Positions 37,577 to 49,897 of a DNA stretch of 64,000 bases are shown here, in pieces. The notes beneath the pieces are model-generated. The model did no database searches and was not told the DNA's origin. It worked only from the letters and a program-made list of their open reading frames with translations. The stretch's first letter is position 1, and the number at the start of each line of letters is the position of its first letter. The position numbers and the translations under genes were made by a program. The DNA comes from Tubulanus polymorphus (taxonomy: Eukaryota > Animalia > Nemertea): positions 23,106,299 through 23,170,298 of the forward strand of contig NC_134025.1 in assembly GCF_964204645.1 (NCBI RefSeq). The letters run 5' to 3'.

Positions 37577-38800
37577 GGGGGGGGGGGGTGTGTATGGGCG
37601 GCCATTCCCGCCAAAAATCAGCGTTTCGTCTATTTTGCTCGTCACTCGTTACTCTTTCGCTCTGTTCCGGATTTCCGACGTCGACCATTCTTCGTGAATA
37701 GGACTGAATTTAGCTTTGCTAAATTGGTGGAGGACCCGGGCATCGGGACCGTAGACGTATGCAGGAATTCCTGAACCGAAGGATGCTGAAAACAGAAGTT
37801 CCGAAGTCAACAAAATCAGATAAAGCTACCATGGACACAGCGGTCATGACTGTCAACACGACTCATGAAATAGGATCTCAGACAGTTGAGGACGTCATAA
37901 CTACCGCTGAAATAAAGAAATGGAGTGACGAGCGAACTATCAGTTTGGAATACCAAAACTGGAACTGACTTAATTTTTACACATAGCTATTTATATCACA
38001 CAGATTCAGACAGGTTGAGACATGGAAAATGATACAAAAACAAAGGTGACGAGTAGTGACATGACAGTGAGACAAACAACAATTAACACATTCTGGCACA
38101 GACAAACAGTCTCAGAGGACAATGAGTAGGTGTGATATTATATATAGGATCTTTTCAGGAATTGTTTATTATGATCACGAGCCTGTGAGTACGCGTACAT
38201 CATCAATGAGCCACAAAACAAAAGGAAAATCTGAACGCCGAGTCCGATAGAAGCAATGTTTTCCGGGCCGCCAAAATCATTGCCCCATTTGAAAAGATGG
38301 TATTTTTAGACTACCAAATGATTTTTAAGACATAACACACATCGTAAAGTACTAAAAAGATCGCGTTTTCTTTAAACAGGATCAACAAGGCGACTCAGAG
38401 GCACTTAGTCACAACGAGCACCACCATGCTTCGCCATTCCTTGGTGTAAAACAGACCATATTCAGATCGAAACAGAAACAGATACAGATCCTCACACTTG
38501 GCCAACACTCTCAAAGACCCGGACTTCCGCGATTGCTGACTGAACCAACCGACCACTCGTCGGGCGTGGAGCTCTCGACAGTGCCCGGGGCCGGGTTTGG
38601 TGATTTGTCTCGCACGCCGCGAACCTTTTATTCGCTGGAACAAAGATTCAAGCTGCCCTCTACGCTACAAAACCTGTAGGGCTACAGATCTGGATTGCCG
38701 TGACCGCCGGGAAGATTCCCGCCGCTAGGCCGCGGATCCGTCTCTGGTAAGTGTCCATACAGTGTCGCCATCTAGTCCGGCGTAGCCGTTGAAGTGAAGA
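37577..38800 (+). mobile_element. Decayed LTR retrotransposon relic (Gypsy-like)
   Basis: PBS-like TGGTGGAGGACCCGGGCATCG (37725-37745) resembles the complement of a tRNA-Ala 3' end. A short ORF follows it, and HHASPFLGVKQTIFR (38419-38466) loosely resembles the integrase Zn-binding region. Confidence 0.45.
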
Positions 38801-39142
38801 TGGTGTTGTTGTCGATTATAGAAATTATGACAGGACCTCTATCGCCGCAAACTCCAAAAATGAAAAATGCTTCGTAAAACCAACGAAAGAACTAATGAAT
38901 TTGCCTCCAACTACATCAACGGGGACTGATCAACAGGGTTGACTATGCTATGTCGAATCGAAACGTCGTATCATCGGCATAAGACATTAAACTACGAAAT
39001 GAAATCTACAATTTAACGTTTTTTTTTATTAGATTAATTTTTTGATCTAAGAATAGACACAATAATCCAAATCAAACCCAATGCCAAATCGAGCAGAGAA
39101 GAAAAAAGAATGAATTCATCTTCGGCAGTGATTACCGATATA

Positions 39143-39976
39143 ATGGAAATCCCATATTATTTGGTTAATAATGGCGTATTAACTAATATTATTCTGATGT
39201 GTAGTGGCTTAATGTGTTTGGTTTACTTGTGAGTATCAACCATGTCCATACCATCCTTTGCCAACCAATTTGGTGAATCTAGCATTAGGCCTACCAATTG
39301 TAAGTCTTGACAGACGCTGTTACACTTACGGTCCCCTACTATAGCTGTTTTGGGTAACAGCGGCTAGATACTAGACTAACCTCTTGTCTGACTACCAGAC
39401 AGTCTTACAAGTTTCCCCTGGCCTAGAACGACAAGAACAATGATAAGTTCCTAGACAACACCACTTCCATGCTACCCCACTTCACCTTTTCTTGATTGGT
39501 CACTGTAAGTGTGAGCTTTAGGTCGAACCACAGCATACTTGGAGGCCCTAGGATATTGGAGGCCAGAGACGCACTTTTACTAGGCGAAATCTTGAATCAT
39601 GCGTGCTTCTTTTCGCCTACAGAAACAGCAAGGGACAACAAAGAATAGTTAACTTCCATTTACTTATAGATCATAACTAGCCTATATTGTTGTTTGCTAC
39701 TATGAGACAAACCTCAACAACTTAAGTTAGTCAGTAAATCTGGGCCTCTGTAGATATTTTTCGTATTCAAATATCCTTGATTATTGATCAGTTTATATGT
39801 GTATATTCAGGTACGCGACTTGGACGTATTCTTACTTCAGAAATCTAGGTATTAAAGGACCTAGACCGTCGCCCTTTTTGGGAACGCTGTCATCTGCAAT
39901 GACGGAGGTATGACATGCATCTACAGTAGACTACCTTACTCAAGGTTGCAATAGCAATACATGTACATATATGTAT

Positions 39977-40044
<68 letters not shown>

Positions 40045-43000
40045 TGGATCCCTAAAGTGACTGAATGCTTATATTCACCATAATGTCTGATATGATGTAT
40101 TTGGAGAAAACCTTCTATTTCCCTGATTCTCAGTGTTGTATCCAGTCAATAAAAAATAAACAGTCCCAATGCTGAGTTAACTGTAGCTATCAACATCAAA
40201 ATCACCCTTTTTCCAATGCCAATGATAGATTGATTTGAAATTTTTCATACGATAATACATTATATATCAATGTATGTATAATTTTACGAAATACATTATT
40301 CTATTTTCACATATGTGTATGATTTTTTTCAGGGCATTGCCAAACATGATCAGAGCCTTTACAATATGTATGCAAAAGAGAAAGTTTATGGGTATGTAAT
40401 GAACTCATTCAGTGCCGGTAGTTTTATTACGTTACTTGATCATTGAACACAAGAACTTTAAATGGTTAAATGGATCATAATCAACACAACCTTAATCTGC
40501 TATTCGATTATGCAGTTAAATTTTTAGTGCATTTTAGATAGCATTTTAATCAAACATATTCTAGTTCAGAACATTTAAGTTGAGTTAAGCCTCGTTGAAT
40601 TTGCGTATCATTTCGCTTATCATGTTTGAATATCTAGAATCTATGAAGGGCGTTTGCCAGTTTTGATGGTAATGGATATTAATATGGTTGAACGGATTTT
40701 GATAAAAGACTTCCATTCTTTTCGCAATCGTAGAGTAAGTGTATGTTTATGTTGCGGTAAGCCTAATTTGATAAATATACTGGTATTTGTCTGCAAAATA
40801 TTTTATTGTTACACCACTTTCAGGTATTAAACCTGAGAACTCTTTTATTTCAGTCATTTGGATATGCTGGTTCTATGCTTAGCAAAGGGTTGTTAGGAGC
40901 TCAAGGCAAATACTGGGAACACATACATTCTATCATTACAGATGCCTTAGCTCATGATAAAAGTTTAAAAAAGGTCAGTGCTAGCATCAATATTAAATTC
41001 TGAAATATAATGTACTCTCTAAGGCAAGTGTCCTTTCATTAATAATCTTTATGAAAAATTAATTAGTTTTTGCATACCTGGTGAATGCAATGACATAGGT
41101 TTCAGAGTCTTGAAGCCATCAGGTTTGAGTCTCTGCATATAAATTGGGATATTTGTAATGAACATTGGATGCACTTATGAAATCGTTATTTAGATATTTT
41201 CAGGTTTGTCTGTCTGCACTGAAAGATTGGCTAATTATGTGACAATTCAAGCAGAAAAAGGAAATAGTTTCAATGCTCAAAGGTAACTATGATTGACATT
41301 TGTAATTCAGGAACAGTCTTGAGTATGCAGTTATTTAATGCTCTCGATATAATCTAAAAACAGATTATTTACGGGTTTCTTTTCCATCCTAGCCCAATCG
41401 TTTATTGATATTTCACTCATTCACAAATTTGTGTAATCCTAATCCTAATCTCATTTTTTCAGTCTTTTCACCGCGTATAGTACAGATGTGACTGCGTGTG
41501 TTTTCTTCGATACTGACATCGACTCCATAGCAAATCCTTGTAACGCGTATGTAAGATATACCCGCGAAATATTACAATTAGCATACAGCCATCCTATATT
41601 CATTCTCTACTGTAAGTTATCCGAACATTTAAGACGTTGATGATTCAACTACGCAATAGTGAAATTTTGAATAATGTTTCATCGCAGTTTTTCTGCCATC
41701 GATTGCGAATATTGTGATGAAGTTGGGATACACGTTGATACCGGCTCGCTTGTCTCATTTCTTTACGAGTCTAATCGAACAATCGTTCAGGCGAAGAAAA
41801 GAAAATCCTCAGGTTTGTCTTTTACTAGGACCCTGTACCGATTGTCAATTGGATCTAACCAAACATTCTCGTTTCATGTGGATAATAGTTATGAAGAAAT
41901 GTCTTGAAGTTTGTGATGTTCTATGATATTGCGTGTCATGAAATCTTCGCTTATACATGTTTGATATACAGTGGACCTTGCCTAACTCGGACAAAATTAG
42001 TCTGAGGTAACAAAGTCCAAGTTACGGATAGGAAAATACACAAAGAAGTCAGAAAAATGATTTGGTCATGTCCTAGTAAAGCTACGTTTACAATATCACT
42101 GCTTGTGTATGGATATGTTTTCGCTACATTTGTATTGTTTGCTCTTTTCTAAAGGAAGTTAGTAATGACTTTCTACGAATCTTGATGGAGAAAAAAGTCG
42201 ACTCAAGTAACCCTTCGCTCATGGACAATGTCACGTCAGATGGAGAAACATGGTCTTCCAAAGGTACAGGAATCAATTGAAAAATGTCCAACCCGAAATT
42301 TAGTGGGTTTTACTATCTAATTATTGGAAGAACCTGTAAATGACATACCTAACATCAAATCAAAACGTTGAATTGAAAATAAAGAAAACATCCAGGAGGC
42401 CCAACTGATATTGAATACTTCATTTGTAGGGCTGACGGTGAATGAGATTGTGGCGCAGTCAGTGACACTTTTTATCGCAGCTTTTGATACTACTAGTCTT
42501 TCATTGACTTTAACATCATGGCATCTTGCCCGATATCCTGAAGTTCAGAATAAAGTTTTGCAGGAGCTAGATGATGCTATTGGTGACCAACAGGTACATA
42601 TAGTAATATCCATCATATTCAAGGGTGGATCCACCTGGTCCGCCCCATCAAAATTCAAATGTTCCTCTCAAAAAGTCTGGAAAAATATTTTTTGCAATGC
42701 CCCTTTTGCCCTTAGTTTTTGTGGGAGGGCCACCAGAACTCCCACCAAGGTTTCACACTTGCAGCCCTTGCATTGCAAAATCTGCCCTTTTCAGAGTAAG
42801 TGCCAATGCCAATTGTCAGGTCCATCCCCCACACCTCTAAGAATCCTAGATCCGTCCTTGACAGCGATGTGGGTATACTAAAATATATCTGTTTACGCAA
42901 TGTGCAAGGTTTTGATTTTGGTCAGTACGATTCAATATCTTGTAACAGTCTATCCTTGAACCTATTTCATAATATCTTTCTTACATAGTAAATTCATTTT

Positions 43001-43928
43001 GCCGCACGGTGGAGAGAAAAAAACTTAGAATTTGATATTAAAACAAGAGTTTGATAGAATGAACCTACGGAAACCCATAGATTGTTCGATGAATGAATTC
43101 TCATTACTCTTTCAACAGGAATTGACCTTCGAAAATGTAAAGGACTTGGACTACTTGGAGATGGTGATTTCTGAAGTTCTGCGTCTGTACCCTCCATCGG
43201 TCAGGTACAGGCTTCATTCACGCAAACAAAATTCGATCACTTATGCTGGAATCAACTAGCGTTACAGGACTGACAGATAGTATTACTGTTTCAGGAATGA
43301 GAGAAAGGCCGATAGAGATGTCATGATAGAAGGAATATTCATACCAAAAGATCTCCTCATCGCAATACCTATCAGTGCCATTCATCTTGATCCTAAATTC
43401 TGGCCTGAGCCAAAAAACTTTGATCCTGAAAGGTAAACAGCTGAATTTTAAATGATACTCTTTAATATAAAGTACTGTGATGACTACTACTCTGCGTTTA
43501 TGGAATGACAAGTCATTCTGCTTCTTCCGTAATAATTTCTAACCCCTCAGTGGAGTGTTACCATCTAAAATATTCAAAGAATATATTCATCTTATCATAG
43601 GTTCACTCCGGAAGCTAAAGCGAAGCGAAATCCCATGTGCTACCAACCATTTGGGGCTGGACCTCGCGGATGTGTTGGTAGTAAATTGGCCATGATGGAA
43701 ATGAAGTTTTTGTTGGCTTCGATATTGAGAAAAGTGAAGTTCGTAACCTGTCAGGAAACAGCGGTATGTATATAATTCAGCATTCGATTTTGTTAAAAAG
43801 ACAAAAGCACTGTTGTATTATTTTATGTCATCATCTGTGTATTGCAGGAGAACATAGTCATGAAGAAAACTGGATCGAATGTACCGGATACACCTATTGT
43901 TTTAGGGGTTGAGCTTAGAGATTGGTGA
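39143..43928 (+). CDS. Cytochrome P450, CYP3 clan (CYP3A-like), ~14 exons
   Basis: N-terminal anchor MEIPYYLVNNGVLTNIILMCSGLMCLVYL, GIKGPRPSPFLG hinge, I-helix FIAAFDTTS, ExxR (EVLR), DPE|RF and heme motif FGAGPRGCVG. The exons I translated are in frame. Confidence 0.92.
39302..39378 (+). repeat. Degenerate mini-element (tagtct...agacta family), copy 3, in CYP intron 1
   Basis: ggtcccctac..aacagcggctagatactagacta resembles the other two copies. Confidence 0.45.
39979..40040. repeat. (AT)n microsatellite, ~31 units
   Basis: Directly visible in CYP intron 2. Confidence 0.97.
42620..42860. mobile_element. Decayed MITE (cagggGcggatcc-type ends)
   Basis: caagggtggatcca ... tagatccgtccttg. A similar end, tagatccagccctg, occurs at ~52252-52265. 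Confidence 0.45.
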
Positions 43929-44729
43929 TGAGATGGACACAATATTATAGATTGATTAACGAAACGTCTATCATGGAAGGAATGAATTCTTCCACTTATT
44001 ATTTACTGTAAATGGGTCATGGTATTATCTGTTTTATACCATACCGGTGTATATCTTTGTTATAAATATTACATTACGCTATAGATAGATAATATTTGCA
44101 TTTGTGAATTCTAGTCGACTTTTACAAAAAACTATATATACCGGTATATATGTAATATAAATATGGTGTTTTATTTGCCCCTATAGAAGTTTAGCCAAGT
44201 TCGATAATACTAGTTTTACAATAACTTGTGCATTGGCATAACAATTCATCTGAATCCAATGCAACCAACGCCAATCAGATTTCGACTTTTCGCTTTCAAC
44301 TCATCCAGTATATCAATATTTCTGCGGACAAGAAACCTCATTTCATTAGAGTTTGATTGTAATTTTGGAGTGAAAAACAAAACCATAGTATTTAAGCCGA
44401 GTCAAAAAGTCAAGAAAGTTGCTTTAGAATGGCTAATTCATTTTAACTGCTGCAATCTAGTTGTAAAACTGTATTATCAAATGTACTCATTATCAAATCT
44501 GTTATGTGTTTTTTCATATTTAAGGATTTTATATACAATATATTGTACTGATATATAACAATATTAGATTTCTGAGTTTTTTGAAGTGCAGGGCAAATAA
44601 TTTTGATTTCAGTCTGAATGTGGCTGAGATCCAGCTCAATGTTCAACAATTTCTATTAGTTTTGTATTTCAAGGAGTTCAGAGGAATTTAAAACCTCCGA
44701 GAATAAAGGCATGGAACTGTTCAAATTAA

Positions 44730-45007
44730 CCCTTTCAGTGCGTCTACACCGCATAAATCAGTGATGGATTTTGCTAGTACACCGCACTGCGGTGTATTGA
44801 TGTAATTAGTAATTAGTAATTATCTCTATTGAAAAATGGCAGCAAGTGTCAAACATAGTGAAATACTAGTAACTAATGATACACCGCAGTGCGGTGTAGA
44901 CGCACTATAGTGGTATTCCCATTGTTCAACACACTAGGGTGGAATTTTTTAGAATTTTCAAATTTTCTCCAGCACTAAAAGGTATTAATTAGTCAGCACT
45001 GAAAGGG
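44730..45007. mobile_element. piggyBac-type MITE with TTAA target-site duplication
   Basis: ttaa|ccctttcagtgc ... gcactgaaaggg|ttaa, with internal palindromes tacaccgcactgcggtgta and tacaccgcagtgcggtgta. Confidence 0.85.
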
Positions 45008-45613
45008 TTAAAATGCCTATGCCAGTTATAGGTAAGAAGCAACTCGCTGTCGAAGAGTACGATCTGCGCAGCTAATGAACAAAAGCATATGTACTTGACA
45101 AATCAATCCACCAAGTTTTTAATTGTAGTTATCCGACTACTGACAGGTATAGTGTTTAACTAACTTATGTACCTAGTGTAGGTCATCGGTAATAGATTAC
45201 AATGTGGGTACACATGATAGGCTATAAATTTCTTTTTTGTGTACGCACTTTATGAATTGGTCCCACACAACACTACACTGAGAAATGAAAAGGAATGATT
45301 TATTTCAGAATATAATCGGTTTATTGCATTAATTAAGAATCCATAATAAAATAAATATATTTATAAAAAATAGCTACTAAACTTACTACCGGTACATAAT
45401 ACTGATATGTATATATGGAGTCTTGAGGTTAAAGAAATCTTAAAAATCAAATTGAATCAGTCTCAAATACCCGATACACAAATAGTTACAGAATGTTATT
45501 GCACTTATAATATCATTACTTAACAGCCGCATATGCCATTGCGAAATACAACAACTATGGATTGCACCAGATAATTAGTGGAATTTAAGAGAAATTTAAC
45601 AGTTCACGTCATT

Positions 45614-48600
45614 TCATAAACTATTCAATGGAGTCCTTTCAGTTACGCTATCCGAACTTTCATCTGTTTGAATTCGATTTCCAGAATTTTCCGTACAAGT
45701 CCTTACAGTAGGAATCAATTGTGGAATTTCATCTGAAAGTTTATCCGTCGTATTATCTTCCACATTTTCCTGATCTGCGTCTGCTGTTGGTGTACGCTTC
45801 GAACAGTAAACGATCACGCCGATAATGATGAATGCGAATGATATAAAATATAGAGCATGGAACTGCAATGAAACAAAAACAGAATATCCTGATTATATAT
45901 TTGACGAAGACTCAATAAAATATAGGGCATTTGAAAAATGATTCACTATAGATATTAGCAGCAATTTGAACAATGGCTTTTCTCCACATAATTCCCGTCT
46001 TTCTAAGTATTTAACTTCATTCCTTACTAGCCGCTCATTCCGTCAAACCTTAGAGTTCATGCATTTGTCATTTAGCATATGGTACCATCATATTTTATGC
46101 GTACATACCTGATATTTGAAAAGAAATAACCCAAACAGTAGGGCGTAGAAATCAGCTGATAATATGGACAAATTCACCGTAGCTGCACTGCTGAATTTCA
46201 TAACGATCGGAACTAGTGTATAGTAAAGGAACAAGCAGACTCCGAATCCAAGTAGGCTTAACACTAGAATTGAAATTAATTTAATTTAACACGCAACTGC
46301 GGAACCTTAAAGCCCAGCACATGATGCAGGGAAACTTGGAATGAATCAAACATGCTTGATCTCAGCATTTTCCTGAAACCATATTTCTCATTTCTCTCAA
46401 CACACACTACACAGGGAAATGTTTAGAAACATTCCTATCATCCGTTTTCCGTTTTTCCCTGCGCGATGTGCATCCGGCTTAAAGGGACACCTAAAGTAAT
46501 TGAATTGTGCTGGTATCTACCTATTTCATAATTGGTGAAATCAATCTTCCGCACCGTATCACTTTCAAGTATTGAGCTGTAATAGATAAACAGATTTATA
46601 GCACATCTTTGAATTGCGACAAAAAATAAGATAACAGAATGCTTACTTACACTTGAATACCACTTATAATACTGCCAAAAAATCCAATAAAGGCCAGGAA
46701 CTCGACTTGATTAAAACTTTTCACTACAAATTCTTCTCCAACGTTTGATATACCATAAAGAAGAGCACCCCCAAGACAAAGCAAATCACCAAGTACCATA
46801 TTTGATGCTAAAATAAAAATACAAATACAGCGGTTAAACACTACAGATTTTGTATCAAATTGCACATTCTGCATTTTGATACACATACCGTTATCTGAAT
46901 GTTTATGCGTGAGGACATCAGCAAGAACGAGAGCCCCAACACCGAGAATACAAATCACTACTCCTAGATAGTGAACCAACTTATATCTGGCTTTCAGGAT
47001 GAGCCAGGACAGAATCAAAACAACAGGAATTGTGAAACAATCCAACAACTGAAAAGAAAATCATAATTTATTAAAGTGATATACCTGTAATCAAGTGTTC
47101 TCAAATTTCAATGAATCAATAATTTGACAATACAGTCAAACTTGCTTGATTTCGATCAGGGTTATTTTGTTATGAATTGTACTAATTCACTTTTTCTCAT
47201 TAAATCAAAGAAAAATATCTCCTATTCGGATCCGAATTTTCTTAATTACGACTAAAATTTCAGTACCTTCAACGAAATTTCTATTGAAATAATTACATTT
47301 AATTCAGATTGATAATTTGCCTGTAGTACTTATATACCTTTTATTGATGACAATATTTTTTAGGTACATTATTAGGGTACCGGTAGTGATAGTTAATTTG
47401 GTTTTTGTCTAATTCCGACAAAATTCGTCAGTCCACAGTGATCCGAATGAAGCAAGTTTGACTGTACATGTTTTCTTACTTGGACACTGGTAACAGTAGT
47501 ATACTGGTATGCTTTTACTACCATATAATTAGCTTCAACATCGATGATGGCCAAAATGAAATACTTCCATCCTCTCTCAACTAAAACCGGAACTAAATTC
47601 TCATCACCCCGTCTGCAGGCTAGCATTGGTGTATATACAATCGCTAATAGTACGTAATTAACGAAGTTTTGACCTAAAAATTCATTAGCATCAGCCAGTA
47701 TTTTATTTGAAAAAGTTAACAAAACAGATGAAATAATTGCATAGAATTCAATCACTTACTGGTGGGTATAGAAACTCCATATCCTTGAAGTAAACCACTG
47801 GTTACTGCCGTGCCACATAACAAGAGAGATAACACTTGACCAAAGCCGATTGCTTTCACCAAATACCTCAAATTACAAATGGAATCTTTAACGTAATGTT
47901 TTTCATTTTGCATTATTATTTTTAAGGACACACATATTCGATAGATGTAATGTGAGGACCAACTGAGCCAAAATTATAACTTCCAAGACTTAGGATTATT
48001 TCACTCCAGTAAAGTTACCCACACTTTTGTCATTTATCTATGGAAAAAGAGTTCCAAATTGTCAATGGAAATTGTCATAATCACAGTGATGAAATAGGCT
48101 TATCGTGAATGTAATCACTATCTATGTTGTACATAATAAGATATTTCAATATTTCTATTCACAAGTGCCTGTACCCACCATTATTGTGGTCTGGAAATTC
48201 CTGTATATGTAACTGTACATTGTGTATAGTACAATACGATACAATACCTTCCTATATGGTACAGGTCGGTACTACTAATAGTACATGATAAGATAAGTTT
48301 ATCTATCCTCCTACCATTTTCAAGGTATATGGAGGTAACAATAATTATTTTTACAATTGTACAAAAAAGAGAAAAATATGTAGAAATACAAGTACATGTG
48401 CACCAGGACGTGTCGCCACCTAACGTTGAAATAACTAACTAATCAATCAGCTGTACGACGACTTAATTGCAATTCAATTCGTTCTCTATTCACAGTTGCT
48501 AGATCGTCTAATTAATAGAACATTAACTACTAAAACAATATACCTAATAGGTAGATTCCTCAGCCATAGCGAACATTTCTCACTACATCGAGACTTATTT

Positions 48601-48644
48601 ATGTCAATGGTTGAGCCAACATCACCGTCGCTGTATGCTGCCAT
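45614..48644 (-). CDS. SLC35F2: Solute carrier family 35 member F1/F2-like transporter, multi-exon
   Basis: AIGFGQVLSLLLCGT, WKYFILAIIDVEANYMVVKAYQYTTVTSVQ|LLDCFTIPVVLILS, GDLLCLGGALLYGISNVGEEF, SAATVNLSILSADFY. ATG 48642-48644. F1 and F2 orthology cannot be resolved here. Confidence 0.9.
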
Positions 48645-48659
48645 ATTGTTGATTCGACA

Positions 48660-49897
48660 TTGATTCCGAGAGGGCGCTTACTACAGACCCTGTTGTGTAT
48701 TCGGTATTAGTTTACGCTGTCACTGAAATGAATTAATATCGATAAGCCACTTTCGATAAATTCCAAACTCAATGATATGATTTGATGATATCAAACGGCA
48801 CGTATATCATGTTGTGGCATTACTAATATCTTTGTTATAAAAAAAAACTAGCGTATCTTGTCAGATCATTATTTTCCAATGGTATCTAATCAGTTTGGCC
48901 CAAAATTGGAAAATTTAATTTCCGTCGTTGTTTGTTATGCTGTTTTAACTAGAGCCGGTGAATTCACCATATATCTGAATCCTCTAGTTTTAGTTTCGAT
49001 TCAAACTCAACATTTGTGGATTCGTAAACTGATTAATTGATTCTTTCATCACTAATTTCCATGGGATCCCGGGATTTTATTCCCTCAATATTCAAGCGTC
49101 GCGGTCAGCATGCCTGATTATATAGAAAACCCTAGTATATTGTCTATAGTTTACAAATTTCATAAAGAAAAGGCAGAGTTGCATTCTTTTAATTTAAAAG
49201 CGATGCCGTTTCTTCTTTTATCGCACAACACACGGACGCGCTCCCTCTCTCTAGCTACGCGGCTTCTAAGTCGATGTCCAGATAGTGCATCGGGGAAATC
49301 CCTTAGCCTATCTCGTTTCGCTCGATGCTAAACACCACAGACAACAAAACATTGTTCAGTCAGTAGTGAAACTAGCCTGGCCGGACAAATATCGGGCGGA
49401 AACGCGCACTGACTGCCGCCATTTTGTCTGCGCAACCCGAGTCGAAGTCATTGTTCGACACCCTCTAGGCGCAATCTCGTTCCAGCAGCATGCTCATTAT
49501 GCTTTTTGTTGGTAGCCTATGAATTTTTGTCGAGATTGTCGTCGTACGTGGGTCCGAAATGCCATCGTCGAGTGATCGCTAGGCCAGCCCGATGGCTGAT
49601 CGGTCTCGCTATACTGCTATCTAACACACCGACGTGTTATTAGCGAGCAATCGCGTCGGATTATCGCGCTGAGAACGAATAAAGGAGCGGAGAAAGAAGG
49701 AGCTCGGAGATAAAGCAGGGTCGCCATACATACGCGCACGACGAGTGACTGTGTGCCGCAGACTTTTGGCTCTAGCCTATTTATCTCTCTCTCTCGGTTA
49801 ATGATCGTGCGTGGAAATCGCCTCAGCTCACAGTCGATGAGTAAATATATCTATTAGGCTGTTTTATATCGTCGTTTAACCGGGGTGCGCGGGGATC
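48660..49897. promoter_or_regulatory. Divergent CpG-rich promoter region between SLC35F and ARID2
   Basis: YY1 consensus GCCGCCATTTTG (49415-49426), DRE-like TATCGATA (~48737), and dense CpG across ~49200-49900. Confidence 0.5.

Noticed and set aside
37725-37745. tRNA gene
   Set aside because: Only ~20 nt resemble a tRNA 3'-end complement including CCA and no cloverleaf can be built. It fits a primer-binding site better.
48664-48678. CTCF site at the SLC35F promoter (ccgagagggcgct)
   Set aside because: Only the 3' half matches the consensus, which is too weak to call without PWM scoring.
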